64,000 nt of DNA from positions 74,896,001-74,960,000 of the forward strand of contig NC_042997.1 in the NCBI RefSeq assembly GCF_006345805.1. The letters run 5' to 3'. The DNA comes from Octopus sinensis (lineage: Eukaryota). Shown here piece after piece: positions 12,481 to 25,234 of the stretch. The position numbers were made by a program, and so were the translations under genes. Every line of letters begins with the position of its first letter. Within the stretch, counting starts at the first letter, position 1. The notes beneath the pieces were generated by a model. It had not been told where the DNA came from, made no database searches, and saw only the letters and a program-made list of their open reading frames with translations.

Positions 12481-12872
12481 AAACGAAAAATATATAATTC
12501 TAAACTAATTACGATTTATATTTCTAAATAATTTTAAAGAGATAAAGTGAAAAATAGATTGAAAGCGAAGTGGACGCTGTAACAGAAGTTGAAAGAAAAT
12601 TATTCTCAGAAAGTAAACAAAGATGAAGTCGTAACTCAGATGTTACCTTAAATTAAAGGAAAATAGGTACGAAATGTGTAGGGAAATGGAAAAAAATATA
12701 TAATTCTAAACTAATTACGATATATATTTCTAAATAATTTTAAAGAGATTACGTGAAAAATAGATTGACAGCGAGGTGGACGCTGTAACAGGAGTTGAAA
12801 AAAAATTATTCTCAGAAAGTAAACAAAGATGAAGTCGTAACTCAGATGTTACCTTAAGTTAAAGGAAAATAA
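12481..12872. repeat. ~206-bp direct tandem duplication
   Basis: tatataattctaaactaattacga..gatgaagtcgtaactcagatgttacctt occurs at 12491 and 12697. Confidence 0.85.
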
Positions 12873-13322
12873 ACAAATGAAAAGGATACTTATTCGCAAG
12901 AGGTAAAATTCCAAATCCTTGTCCGAAGAAGTTTTCTTTCAAAAAAGAAAATAAAATAATTCTTTTTGCTTCTTACATTCGGCTTGAAATAAACGTACGA
13001 CTTGCAACCACGTGCTTTTCGACGAAAAATCTCGCATGCGTAACTGGCTTTAATGTATTATATTTGGATTGAAGCGAAATATATTACGGTTTTTAATTAA
13101 TATATTTTAGTAGACCGTTATGAGATAACAAGTTCTACGTTTTTGTCAGTTTTAGTAGATTATTTCGTTGATTTATGCAACCCTTTCTTGGTTGTTTCAG
13201 AGAAGGAAAGAAAACACGCCTTTCTTCCACGAAACTGGAAGTATATATATACATATATATATATATAATAAGTATAGGAAAGAATGGAGCTGAACGAAGA
13301 TTTAACAAAATTCCTTTATTTT

Positions 13323-13408
13323 ATTTTTGACATATGTTTCGAAGTCTACAAAATCCCTAATTCCGAATGAATAAGGAGTCCATTATGCATCTTTCTCTTC
13401 AGGAAAAT
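13323..13408 (-). ncRNA. Type I hammerhead motif, left arm
   Basis: Reverse complement: attttc CTGAAGA G..C GAA ACAT|ATGT C aaaaat; the first stem I pair is mismatched. Confidence 0.7.
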
Positions 13409-13947
13409 CCAGGAACTTCTTTCGCCAACAAAATGCACAACAAGTCTCGATTATCGAGAGATCTTTCAGATGCTTACACTGGAAAAAGCATACCTTTCGC
13501 TCATACCAATGAAGTCTAATATAGATAACCCCTGGATTTCCTACAAAATTAATTTGTGATATCTCATCCCATTAGTTTATAAGACTTTCTCATAATTGCT
13601 AAGAGCTACTACCAATTCCAGTAGTCTCCTTGTCTCTTGTCATTACTATTGTGGGCTCTCTCTGCCCACTCCCTCTTAAGTTGACACATTCGAACACACA
13701 GACACAGTTCTTTCACCTCCTGACCGTTAATTTTCTGTCTGCCTTCTACACACACAATCACGCATTCACAGACACATTAAGGCAATTATACACACTCATA
13801 CATACGAGCACTCATTCATAAAATAAATCAAATATACACACCAGTCATACAGAATACATTCCCTCGCCTTAATATTCTTTTACCTTCCTTCTCCAACCTC
13901 GATTGAATCCTTGAACTATTTTAACTGCCAGTTTCTCCTACTTTCAA

Positions 13948-13974
13948 CCAATCTGACGTCACCCCCTATAAATA
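13948..13974 (+). promoter_or_regulatory. Compact Pol II promoter-like cluster: CCAAT, CRE (TGACGTCA) and TATA
   Basis: CCAATc TGACGTCA ccccc TATAAATA, ~90 nt upstream of the plus-strand hammerhead. Confidence 0.45.
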
Positions 13975-14063
13975 GACATTATTTATCATTATCGCTATGG
14001 GTTTCCTCGTGAGCAGTCATCTAAAAACTTGTTCTGCATTTTGTTGGCGAAAGAAGTTCCTGG

Positions 14064-14149
14064 ATTTTCCTGAAGAGAAAGCTGTATAATGGACTCCTTA
14101 TTCATTCGGAATTAGGGATTTTGCAGACTTCGAAACATATGTCGAAAAT
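14064..14149 (+). ncRNA. Type I hammerhead motif, right arm, canonical core
   Basis: ATTTTC CTGAAGA G..long stem II..C GAA ACAT|ATGT C GAAAAT; perfect 6-bp stem I; cleavage after 14143. Confidence 0.8.
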
Positions 14150-14371
14150 AAAATAAAGGAATTTTGTTAAATCTTCGTTCAGCTCCATTCTTTCCTATAC
14201 TTATTATATTAAATTAACTTCAAATTTCCGCACTAAGGCACGGAGTATATGCCCTATGGTCGTAACTTCAACCGTGCTCTTTCTGTTGTGAGTTTGCTAC
14301 CCAGGTATCGGTTATCTTTAGAATTATCCGTAATAAGATAATTCATTTATCTACTTATATATATATATATA

Positions 14372-14425
<54 letters not shown>

Positions 14426-14512
14426 AATCCAAAAGGGAAACAAAAAAACAACAACAACAGGAACAATTACAGTATTATTATTAATAGGCGCTCAGGAGAT
14501 GGAAGCAGGGAG

Positions 14513-14547
14513 GTATGACGTTTCGAGCGGAGCTCTTCGTCGGAAAC
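14513..14547 (-). ncRNA. Minimal type I hammerhead of the PLE pseudo-LTR (core CCGACGA)
   Basis: Reverse complement: gttt CCGACGA A GAGC tcc GCTC GAA AC|GT C atac. Confidence 0.7.
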
Positions 14548-17516
14548 ATAAAGAGGAAGAGAGAGGAAAGAAAGATCCCAGAGCGGGCAACAGGGAAAGA
14601 GAAAAAAGACGACTGGTGTTTACGAGTTGCACATGGTGAAAGGCGGATGTTGACGATAACAAGAGCAAAGTGGGTTTTTAAAGGCAAAAGAGTGGAGACA
14701 AGGTTGGTAACCCAACAGATGTGTGTGTATGTGTGAGTGTGTGCATGTGCGTGTGTGTATGTGTGTGTGTGAGGCGAGATGAAAAAACAAAAAAATATGT
14801 GTGTGTTAGTGTGTGCGTCTGTGTGTAGGCGTGTGAGGTAGGGCGAGACTAATGGTCAGCTAGCAGACGAGGTCAGTAGTAAGAAAAAGAAGGAAGGAGG
14901 AAGGGAGGTCAGTAGTAAGAAAAAGAAGGAGGAGGGAGGGAGGGGAAGGGGTGGGGGCGTATGTAGCGTGCCAGCGTGTGTTGAGTAGTAGTGTGTGTGT
15001 GTGTCCAGTGTCGTGGTGGTATTAATGGCGAGTAGATTGAATGTGTGTAAGAGTGATGTATATATATAGGCAAGGTGTGTATATGTGTGCGCGTGTGTGT
15101 AACGAAAAAAGGGGGGGGTTAAGGAAAAAGGACTCCAGCTGAGGGGAAGATGGAAGAGTGGTACCGCGGAGACAGGCGTGGGAAAACCCAACGACACGCG
15201 ACGGTCCCAGGAACGGGCGGAGGTCTCGTCAGGTCCAAGGGCGAGGTGTATGCGGCGCGTATGCAGCGCGAGCCGGCGCAAGTGCGTATGTGCGCGTGCC
15301 TGCGAGTATGCGCGTAAGTATGTATGTGTGTGGATGTGTGAGTGTGTCTGTGTGTATGTCTGGGTGGCAGTGTGTCCGATGAATGTATGTGAGTATGTGT
15401 GTATGTATGTGTGTGCATAGATGTATGTCCGTGTGTGTGTGTGTATGTGTGTGAGTGTGTATGTATGTACGTGTGGGTGTGGGGAAGTGTGTGTATGTGC
15501 ATGTGTGTGCGCGTACATACAGGTGTGTGAGTGAGTGTGTGTGTGTGTATGTATGTGTGAGTGTGTATGTATGTGTGTGTCGGATGCATGTATGTGTATG
15601 GGTGTATGTATGCGTGTGTGTATGTATGTATGTGTACGTGCGTGTGTGTGTGTGTATGCGTGTAGGTGTGCGCGTGTGCATGCATGTGCGTATGTGTGTG
15701 TGTGTGTGCATGTGTGTGGGTATATATGTATGTGCGTATATGTGTGTGTATGTGCGTACATGTGTGTGTGTGTGTATGCATGTGTGTGTATGTAGGTGTG
15801 TAGGCGTGTGTGTATAGGTGTATGTATGTAAGTATGTGTGGGTGTGTCCGTGTATGTGTGTGTATGTATGTGTGTGTATGTAGGTGTGTGGGCGTGTGTA
15901 TATGTGTGTGTATGTAGGTGTGTGGGCGTGTGTGTATATAGTGTATGTGTGTATGTCTGGGTGTGTCCGTGCATGTTTGTGTGTGTGTGTGTATGCATGG
16001 TGTATGTGGGTGTGTGTGTACGTGTGTAATGTATGTGTGTATGCGTGTGTATGCGTGCGTGTGTGTATGTAGGTGCGTGTGTATGTGTGTGGGAGTGTAG
16101 GTGTGTGTGTGCGTGTGTGTGTTTATGTTGGTGTGTGCGTATGTGAGTGTGAGTGTATGGGTGTTTGTCATGCATGTGGTGCGCGTGCAGGTGAGTGTGT
16201 GTGTAAGTATGTGTGTGTGTATGTTTGTGTGAGTGTGTAAGTGTGTATGTCTTTGTGTATGTATGTGCGTATAGGAGTATGTGGTATGTGTGTATGTATG
16301 TATATGGGTGTATGTATGTATGTGTGTGTGTGTGTGCATGTGTATAAGTATATGTGTGTGTGCGTATGTGTGTATATGTGTATATGTGTGTGTTTATGTA
16401 TGTGTGTATGTATGTGTGTAGGCGTGTGTGTGTAGATGTATGTATGTATGGGTGTGTGTCCGTGTGTGTTTGTGTGTGTGTGTAGGTAGATGTGTGTCTG
16501 AGTGAGGGTATGGCTGTGTAGGTGTGTGTGTGTATGAATGTAAGTGTGTGTGTATACAAGTGTAATGTATGTATGTAGGTGTGTGTGTGTGTGTGTATGT
16601 GTACGTGTGCGTGTGTATGTGTGTGTGTGTATGCGTGTGAGTGTGAGTGTATGGGTGTATGTCTGTGTGTGTGTATGTCTGAAGTAGGTATGTATGTGTA
16701 TGTATGTATGTGTGTGTGTGTGTGCAGGTATGTGTGTGTATGTGTGTGTGTGTGTAGGTGTGCGTGTATGTATGTGGGTAGGGATGCATGCGAGTGTGTG
16801 GGTATGTATGCATACATACGTAAGCGCACATCCGAAGCAAGCCCACAAGCACAAAGCGCGCTCACGCACACAACGCACAAGCAGTACAACGCAAGCCCAA
16901 GGGGCCGACCAAGCCCCCAGCGCGCGCCAAGGCGCGCGAGCGCAAAGGCCCTCGAACGCCCCGCTACGCAGGAACCGAGGATCCATCAGCCAAAACCGAA
17001 AGCAGAAAAGAGGGGGGGCTGCCTGGATGCAAAAAGTGTATGTGTGTGTGCATTCAGTGTAAGGGTGTGCATGTGTGGGCATGTATGTATGTATGTGCCT
17101 ACATGTATGTTTGCATGTGTGTGTGTGAAGTATGTACGTGCGTGTGTGTGTGTGTGAGTGTGTGTGTATGTATGTGCGTATGTATGTGTGTGTGTATGTG
17201 TGTATGTATGTCTGTGTGTGTGTGTGGTGTGTGTAAGTATGTATGTGTGTGCGTATGTATGTATGTGTGTGTGTATGTGCATGTTGGTTTGTATGTTAGT
17301 GTGTGCTAGTATGTCTGTAAGTGTGTGTGATTAAATGTGTGAATGTATGTACGTAAATGGGTCTGCGTATGTGTGTGTGTGAACAGGCGTGTGGGAGGTA
17401 GGTGGTTGGGTGTGTGTGGGAGGTAGGTGGGTGGGGTGTGTGCGTGTGGGAGGCAGGTGGGTGTGTGTGTGTGGGTGGTGTGGCCAAAAAAAAAAAAAAA
17501 AAAAAAAAAACAGATC

Positions 17517-18995
17517 TCAAGAGGAGGGGGCTGTGTTAAGTCCGTGTGGGGTGGTAGTTTGTAGGGTGAAGATGTAGCGTTGCTCCAAGTGGAGCCTGGA
17601 AAGTGGGCGACCTTGGTGGGGGGCGAGACCAAACACTGAGATGTCATCTAGGGAATGGCCGGCCGAGCGGAAGTGGCGTGCGACGGGAGAAAAAGAGTGT
17701 AGGCGAACGTCCCTTAAGTGCTCAGTGAAACGGTCGGACAACCGGCGTCCCGTCTGTCCTACATACAGCATCCCGCATAGGTTGCATTTAATGCAGTAAA
17801 TAAGGCCAGACGAGGTGCACGTAAAAGAGTGCCTAATGCGTACAGTGTGCAGGTTGGAGCCGGTGACAGCGGTGGTGTTGGTGATGAAGGGGCAAGTGTT
17901 GCAGCGGGATCTAGAGCAAGGGAATGATCCGTGTGGGGCTGAGGGGGAAGGAGAGAGGGTGCTGTGGACCAGGAGGTCACGCAGATTGCGGGCTCGTTTG
18001 AAAGAGGACAGGGGTAGGTTAGGGAAAATGGGGCGGGTGGTGGGATCAAGCTGGAGGCGACGGAAGGCACGTAGTATCTTGCGACGAAGGGGTAGGGTAG
18101 AGGGGTGGAAAAGGAGGGGGAAGGGGGTTCGGTTGGGGGGTGGGGCGGGGGGAAGGAGACAGGGCGGTAGTGCGGTCGATGCGACGGGCGCGGGTGAGGG
18201 CATCAGAGAGGAGTATGGGTGGGTAACCTCGGAGTCTGAACATGCGGGCCAGGTATTGAGATTGGGTCTCGAAATCCTGGTCGCGGCTGCAAACGTCGGA
18301 GGCGGAGGAACTGGGAGTAGGGGATGGCTCGTTTGGTGTGGAAGGGGTGGGAGGAAGAGAAGTTGAGATAGAGGTGGGAATCCGTAGGTTTAAAAAAGGC
18401 GGTGGTGGTGAGAGATCTGGAGGGGTGATCGATGCGGAGAGAGATGTCAAGGAAGTTGACAGAGGTGTTGGAGATGGTGGAGGTGAATTGAAGGGAGGGG
18501 TGAAAGTTGGAAAGGAAAGAGATGAATTGGCAGAGAAGTTCACGGGAAAGGGAGGTGGCACCTACGCAGTCGTCGATATAGCGACCGTATAGTTCGGGGG
18601 TCGGCCCAGAGAACTGGGAGAACACTTGGGCCTCAATGTAGCCAAGAAAGAGACTGGCGAAATTGGGGCCCATCCTAGTTCCCATCGCGACCCCGGACAC
18701 CTGTTGGTACGTTTCCCGGCGAACGTGAAGCAATTGAGGGTGAGGACGAGCTCGGCCAAACGGAGAAGGGTGGGGGTGCTGGGGGTGGGGTCGGGACGAC
18801 GGTCGAGGAAGTGTTGGAGGGCTAGGAGACCGTCATTGTGGGGAATCACTGTGTACAGGGATTTTACATCTAAAGTGAAGAGGAGGTGTGAGGGGCTGGA
18901 AGGGAAGGAAAAGGAATTGAAGAGACGGAGGGCGTGGTTGGTGTCGTGTATGTGGTATGGGAGGGCTGCGACTAAGGGGGACAGGATGCGGTCGA
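17517..18995 (-). pseudogene. Disrupted PLE reverse transcriptase and GIY-YIG endonuclease
   Basis: LDVKSLYT, GVAMGTRMGP, RYIDDC, IPYSQFLRL, LIYCIKC..LYVGQTGR spread over three frames. Confidence 0.92.
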
Positions 18996-19016
18996 TATAT
19001 ATATATATATATATCG

Positions 19017-19745
19017 ACATCGTTTAACATCCGCTTTCCATGCTAGCATGGGTTGGACGAATGGCTACACAAGTCTCCAATCTTGATTTGGCAGAGTTTC
19101 TACAGCTGGATGCCCTTCCTAACGCCACCCACTCCGAGAGTGTAGTGGCTGCTTTTTACGTGCCACTGGCACGGGGGCCAGTCAGGCGGTACTGGTAATG
19201 ACCTCGCTCGAATCTTTTTACACGTGCCAGTGAAGCGACGTTGGTAACGATGATGCTTTAATGGTGACCTTTTACGTGCCATGGGCACGGAAGCCAGTTG
19301 GCTGCTTTGGCAATGATCATGTTCGGATGGTGCTCTTGACACCCTACTAACACAGGCATAAGTGCCAGTAAGGCGACGCTGGTAACAATCATACTCGAAT
19401 AGCCGCTCTGTCAACGATCACACTCGTATAGTGCTCTTTGCACCCTGTTAGCATGGATGCCAGTCATCAAATTGATTTTGATTTTGATTTCACTTGCCTC
19501 AACAGGTCTTCGCAAGCAGAGTTTAGTGACCTCTTCCACAGGTTCCCTCAACCGCTAGGGTGTGACACTTTTTCACACAGCTATCCTCATCCATTCTCGC
19601 CACATCACCATACCAGCGCAGTCGTCTCTCTTGCACACCACATCTAATGCTTCTTAGATCCAACTTTTCTCTCAAGGTACTTACACTCTGTTGAGTATGC
19701 ACACTGACATTACACATCCATCAGATCAAACTGGCTTCATTCCTT
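19017..19745 (-). mobile_element. 3' remnant of RTE LINE
   Basis: C-terminus MCNVSVH..LRWYG..CVKKC at 19523-19717 plus a decayed 3' UTR. Confidence 0.85.
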
Positions 19746-20023
19746 GGTGTGGTTGCTAGGGGCCATCTTCCTACCTCACCCTATTTCCTCCAGTACTCTG
19801 TCACTCCTCTTCATTTGACAATGCAACTACCGTTATTTAATGTAAAGTCTTCCTCAAATCGCTCTGTCGCTCTTTACTCTCTTCCAAGAACATTTTCACT
19901 CACTCTTATTTCTTACCTTCCTATACATTTTACTCATGTATCTATCAGCGTTCATGGACAGTAACAAATATTACATCGCCATCGCCATCGCCATCGCCAT
20001 CGCATTCTATTGTCTACCTGTCA

Positions 20024-20056
<33 letters not shown>

Positions 20057-20157
20057 CATATATCTAATATATTTTTATTTTTATGTTTTTGTTTTTGGTT
20101 TTTTACTGTTTCATTTCCCTATTAGTGGTTTTATCTCTAATTTAATTTCTACAGCGT

Positions 20158-20200
<43 letters not shown>

Positions 20201-20756
20201 CACCTATATGTGGCCCCAGTACACCCGAATGAAATCGGGTTCTCTTCATCAAAATGTGAAAAGGGGTCTACAATTATCATCGCCACAACTTATGTATGTC
20301 TTCCTCACTCACTCACTCTTTTTCCTAATGATAATTATCATCGCCACCACCAACACACAATCTGGACAATCTTTCTCTTATAACAAATCATGTTTACATT
20401 GCAACGACGTCTGCCACCTCCGCCGTCTCTATTTATTCTGCAAATGACCAGAACTCGGGAAACTTGGTTGAGTGTTCTATGGTCTATGACCAGAACTCGG
20501 GAAACTTGCTTGACTGTTCTATGGTCTATGACCAGAAATCGGGAAACGCAGACCTTTCCTTTGTAACTGCCTGATATTTATGATTGATCTTTCTAAATAT
20601 TTTATTTCTCAACTTACTCAAGATCTTTTGTTGTTTATAAATGGGAGAGAGATACATAAAGATAGAGAGTAAGAGAAAGCGAGGGAGAGTCCGAGAGAAA
20701 GGAAGAGTAAGAGAGTGGGAAAGTGAGAGAGAAAGGAGAAAGAAACAAAGAGGGAG

Positions 20757-20787
<31 letters not shown>

Positions 20788-21927
20788 GTTTAACGTCCGT
20801 TTTCCGTGCTAGCTCGGGTTGGACAGTTTGACAGGGGTCTGGGAAGCCAGGAGGCTGCACCAGGCTCCAGTCTGATCTGGCAGTGTTTCGACAGGTGGAT
20901 GCCCTTCCTAACGCCAACCACTCTGTGAGCGTAGTGGGTGCTTTTTTCGTGCCGCCTGCACAGGTGCCAGGGGTGCTGGCAGCGCAACGATCGGTTGGTG
21001 CTTTTTACGTGCCACCAGCACAGAAGCCAGTCAAGGCGGTGCTGCAATCCGCCACGTTCGGATGGTGCTTTTTACGTGCTGAAAGGAAGCAACAGAAAGT
21101 AACAACCACACTCTTACCCGCGCGTAGAGCGGGTCACCTTCAGCTAGTCTCTATATATACAACTGAATTGCGTTTTTACCGCTTGGATCGCTTTCAATGC
21201 CACTACATCCCGTCCGATTCGCTCCAAAATTTACAGGGACATGTAGAATGAGGTGACGATGCGCGTGGGCTACCTTAGAAATCCCTATCTTAAAAGGTGT
21301 GGTTGCTAGGGGCCATCTTCCTCACTCACCCTATTTCCTCCTTTCCCTCTCTTACTCCTCTTCATAACTTTCAGAAGTCCACTACGGTTATTTAAAGTAT
21401 CTGTCACTATCGCTATTTCCTTTCTTTTTCACTGACTCTGTTTCCTACCTTCCTATCACTTCGGCGGCGTTCTTTTAAGTATATGTCTGTCACCAACAAT
21501 CAACACACGAGCATGAGAACAAATATTATGAATCAGATATTCTTGCGTTCATTTATATGTGTGTGTGTGTTCTATATATATATATGTATATATAATGTAT
21601 GTGTGTGTGTGTTCTATATATAAATATGTATATATAATGTATGTGTGTGTGTGTTCTATATATAAATATGTATATATAATGTATGTGTGTGTGTGTGTGT
21701 GTGTTCTATATATAAATATGTATATATAATGTATGTGTGTGTGTGTGTTCTATATATAAATATGTATATATAATGTATATATACAAAGTGTATATATCTG
21801 TATTTATGTATATTAAACTTTTTCATACATTTTCATAGTTATATATATTTTTAAACAAATTATAAATATAATTTAATAATTTTTATTTTCAATTTAAATA
21901 ATTTTAAGTTTTCAATTTTATATTTTA

Positions 21928-22427
21928 CTAGCAGTATCGCCCGGCGTTGCTCTGGTTTGTAAGGGAAATAACTATATAAGCATTTTTAGTGAGTTATAGC
22001 AAAAAAAATAGCAAAAAATGCATTAAAAATGGAATAAAAAATGATAGTAACTTTTTTTTTAAATCGTTGACTCATCGTAGACATTTTTAGAGAGTTACTT
22101 CCCTTATATAATAGCGAAAAATGCATTAAAATGGAATAAAAAATTATGGTAATTTTTTTTTAATCGTTGACTCATCGTAGACATTTTTAGAGAGTTACTT
22201 CCCTTATATAATAGCAAAAAATGCATTAACATGGAATAGAAAATTATGGTAAACTTTTTTTTAAATCGTAGACTCATCGTAGACGCGCGCTAATACCCAG
22301 AAGGGCTCGATATGAATCACGACTATAAGATACCCGGTTTTGGTTACACTGCACCGCAAAATGTGGGAGTGGTTAGGAATCTAAATCGTAGGAGACAGAC
22401 ACACAACCTTACTTTTATATATAAAGA
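21928..22427 (-). mobile_element. Non-autonomous Helitron, unit 1, with internal ~85-bp tandem repeats
   Basis: On the minus strand: 5' TC start and a 3' hairpin (cc..gagcaacgccggg) a few nt before CTAG, followed by T. Confidence 0.75.
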
Positions 22428-22945
22428 CTAGCAGTATCGCCCGGCGTTGCTCGGGTTTGTAAGGGAAATAACTATATAAGCATTTTTAGAGAGTTATTGC
22501 AAAAAAATGCATTAAAAATGGAATAAAAAGTGATGGTAATTTTTTTTCTAAATCGTTGACTCAGTGTCTTCAAGCCATGAAGTCGTTGTTCTAAAAGAAC
22601 GCTGGTCTCCTTGACAACGCTTTACGACGTTGATTTCCTTACACTCCCTTCCCCACAGCTTCACGAGGGAGAAGCAAACAGGTGCAGATGTGAGCGTGGA
22701 CGCCAACTCCGCCGCCATCGACACACGAAAAATTATGCATTAAAATGGAATAAAAAATGATGTTAAATTATTTTAAAAATCGTAGACTCATCGTAGACGC
22801 GCGCTAATAGTCAGACGGGCTCGATATGAATCACGACTATAAGATATCCGAATTTGGTTAAACTGCACCGCAAAATGTGGGAGTAGTTAGGAATCTAAAT
22901 CGAAGGGGACAGACACTCACACAACTACAGTTTTATATATATAGA
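22428..22945 (-). mobile_element. Non-autonomous Helitron, unit 2, head-to-tail with unit 1
   Basis: A|TCtatatatataaaa start and cccgagcaacgccggg cgatactg CTAG end, joined directly to the TC of unit 1. Confidence 0.75.
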
Positions 22946-24740
22946 TATATTTTCTATGTTATATTTTCTTTTTTTATGTTTTTGTTTTTGGTTTTTCACT
23001 GTTTGATTTGCCTATTAGTGGTTTTATCTCTAATTTAATTTATACAGATATATATCTCATTTGTATACATTTGTATATATAATGCGTGCACACACACACA
23101 CACACATATATATATATACACATATATATATAATGTGTGCATTACGTAGTCGGTCGATTCAGCTGAAAATATGCACACCTATGTTTAAGGTGCTGACAAG
23201 TTTGCATGACAAATATTTTGTTCCTCAAATGAAAGGCGTCACCACTAGGACAAAATTCCTCATCTTATAAAATGTGGCCCCAGTAGACCCGAATGAAATC
23301 GGGTTATATTAACCAAAATGTGAAAAGGGGTATAAATGGGGCTGGAAGGGGATTAAAATTTCTAGGAGTGGGTGTTTAGGAATTCTCTGTTACATCAAGC
23401 TAAAAAATTTGCGCCAGCCTTTTAATCGTCAATGTGTTGCCGTCCATGATAAAGAAGTTTTGAATGCTTGCCATGGTGAGTCTACTGTCGTGAGAAAGAA
23501 TCACTTCAAAACTTGGTGTTTACGAATTTTCTTTTACATCAAGTTCAAAATTTTACGCCAGCCGTTAAACTGTCACTACGTTGCTGTCCGTCGTTAACAA
23601 ATGCCAGCCATGGTGACTCTACTATCCTCAGATTCTATCCCTTCAAACTTTGGTTTCCAATATTTTATTATTTTTATTCAGCTCGCAAGTTCGTCTGTCC
23701 CTTTTAATGTTAGCGTTTTGCTGTCTGCCTTGAAGCAGACCTTTCCATTGCCACTGCCTCATATTTCTGATTGATCTTTCTAAATATTTTATTTCTCAAC
23801 TTACTCAAGATCTTCTGTTGTTTATAAATGGGAGAGAGATAGATAAAGATAGAGAGTAAGAGAAAGCGAGGGAGAGTCCGAGAGAAAAGAAAAGTAAGAG
23901 AGTGGGAAAGTGAGAGAGAAAGGAGAGAGAAACAAATACGGAGAATCATCATCATCATCATCGTTTAACGTCCGTTTTCCGTGCTAGCACGTGTTGGGCA
24001 GTGTGACCGGGGTCTCGGAAGCCAGGAGGCTGCACCAGGCTCCAGTCTGATCTGGCAGTGTTTCTACAGGTGGATGACCTTCCTAACGCCAACCACTCTG
24101 TGAGTGTAGTGAGTGCTTTTTTCGTGCCGCCGGCACTGGTGCCAGGGGGGCTCGCAGTGGCAACGATCGGTTGGTGCTTTTTACGTGCCACCGGCACAGA
24201 AGCAAGTCAAGGCGGTGATGCAATCGGCCACGTTCGGATGGTGCTTTTTACGTGCTGAAAGGAAGCAACAGAAAGTAACACCCATACTCTTACCCGCGCG
24301 TAGAGCGGGTCACCTTCAGCTAGTCTCTATATATAAAACTGAAATCCGTTTTTACCGCTTTGTTCGCTTTCAATGCCACTACATCCCGTCCGATTCGCTC
24401 CAAAATTTACAGGGACATGTAGAATGAGGTGACGATGCGCGTGGGCTACCTTAGAAATCCCTATCTTAAAAGGTGTGGTTGCTAGGGGCCATCTTCCTAC
24501 CTCACCCTATTTCCTCCAATACTCTGTCACTCCTCTTCATTTGACAATGCAACTACCGTTATTTAATGTAAAGTCTTCCTCAAATCACTCTGTAGCTATT
24601 TACTCTCTTCCAAGAACATTTTCACTCACTCTATCTCTTACCTTCCTATACATTTTACTCATGTATCTCTCAGCGTTCATGGACAGTAACAAATATTACT
24701 CGCCATCCCCATCCCCATCGCATTCTATTGTCTACCTGTC

Positions 24741-24788
<48 letters not shown>

Positions 24789-24914
24789 CATATATCTAAT
24801 ATTATATTTTTATTTTTATGTTTTTGTTTTTGGTTTTTTACTGTTTCATTTCCCTATTAGTGGTTTTATCTCTAATTTAATTTCTACAGCGTGCACACAC
24901 ACACACACACCACA

Positions 24915-24992
<78 letters not shown>

Positions 24993-25234
24993 CTATATGT
25001 AGCCCCAGTACACCCGAATGAAATCGGGTTCTCTTCATCAAAATGTGAAAAGGGGTCTACAATTATCATCGCCACAACTTATGTATGTCTTCCTCACTCA
25101 CTCACTCTTTTTCCTAATGATAATTATCATCGCCACCACCAACACACAATCTGGACAATCTTTCTCTTATAACAAATCATGTTTACATTGCAACGACGTC
25201 TGCCACCTCCGCCGTCTCTATTTATTCTGCAAAT

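Larger units (their letters stand above)
13263..14209. mobile_element. Non-autonomous element with ~180-bp terminal inverted repeats, each holding a hammerhead (PLE inverted pseudo-LTR type)
   Basis: 13263-13445 is the reverse complement of 14027-14209 with few mismatches. Confidence 0.75.
14422..19010 (-). mobile_element. Penelope-like element (Neptune-like), 5'-truncated and frameshifted paralog of 53061-59411
   Basis: RT C-half and GIY-YIG at 17517-18995, microsatellite-rich 3' UTR, and pseudo-LTR with hammerhead at about 14422-14680. Confidence 0.92.

Noticed and set aside
13195-13240. Hammerhead-like remnant cagagaaggaaag..ctttcttccacgaaactgg
   Set aside because: Core, stem III and stem I cannot be assigned convincingly.
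20590-20660. Possible host micro-exon in repeat block B (minus-strand ..aaag|atcttga|gtaagt)
   Set aside because: Splice-like signals alone are weak in AT-rich DNA, and no recognisable protein sequence supports it.
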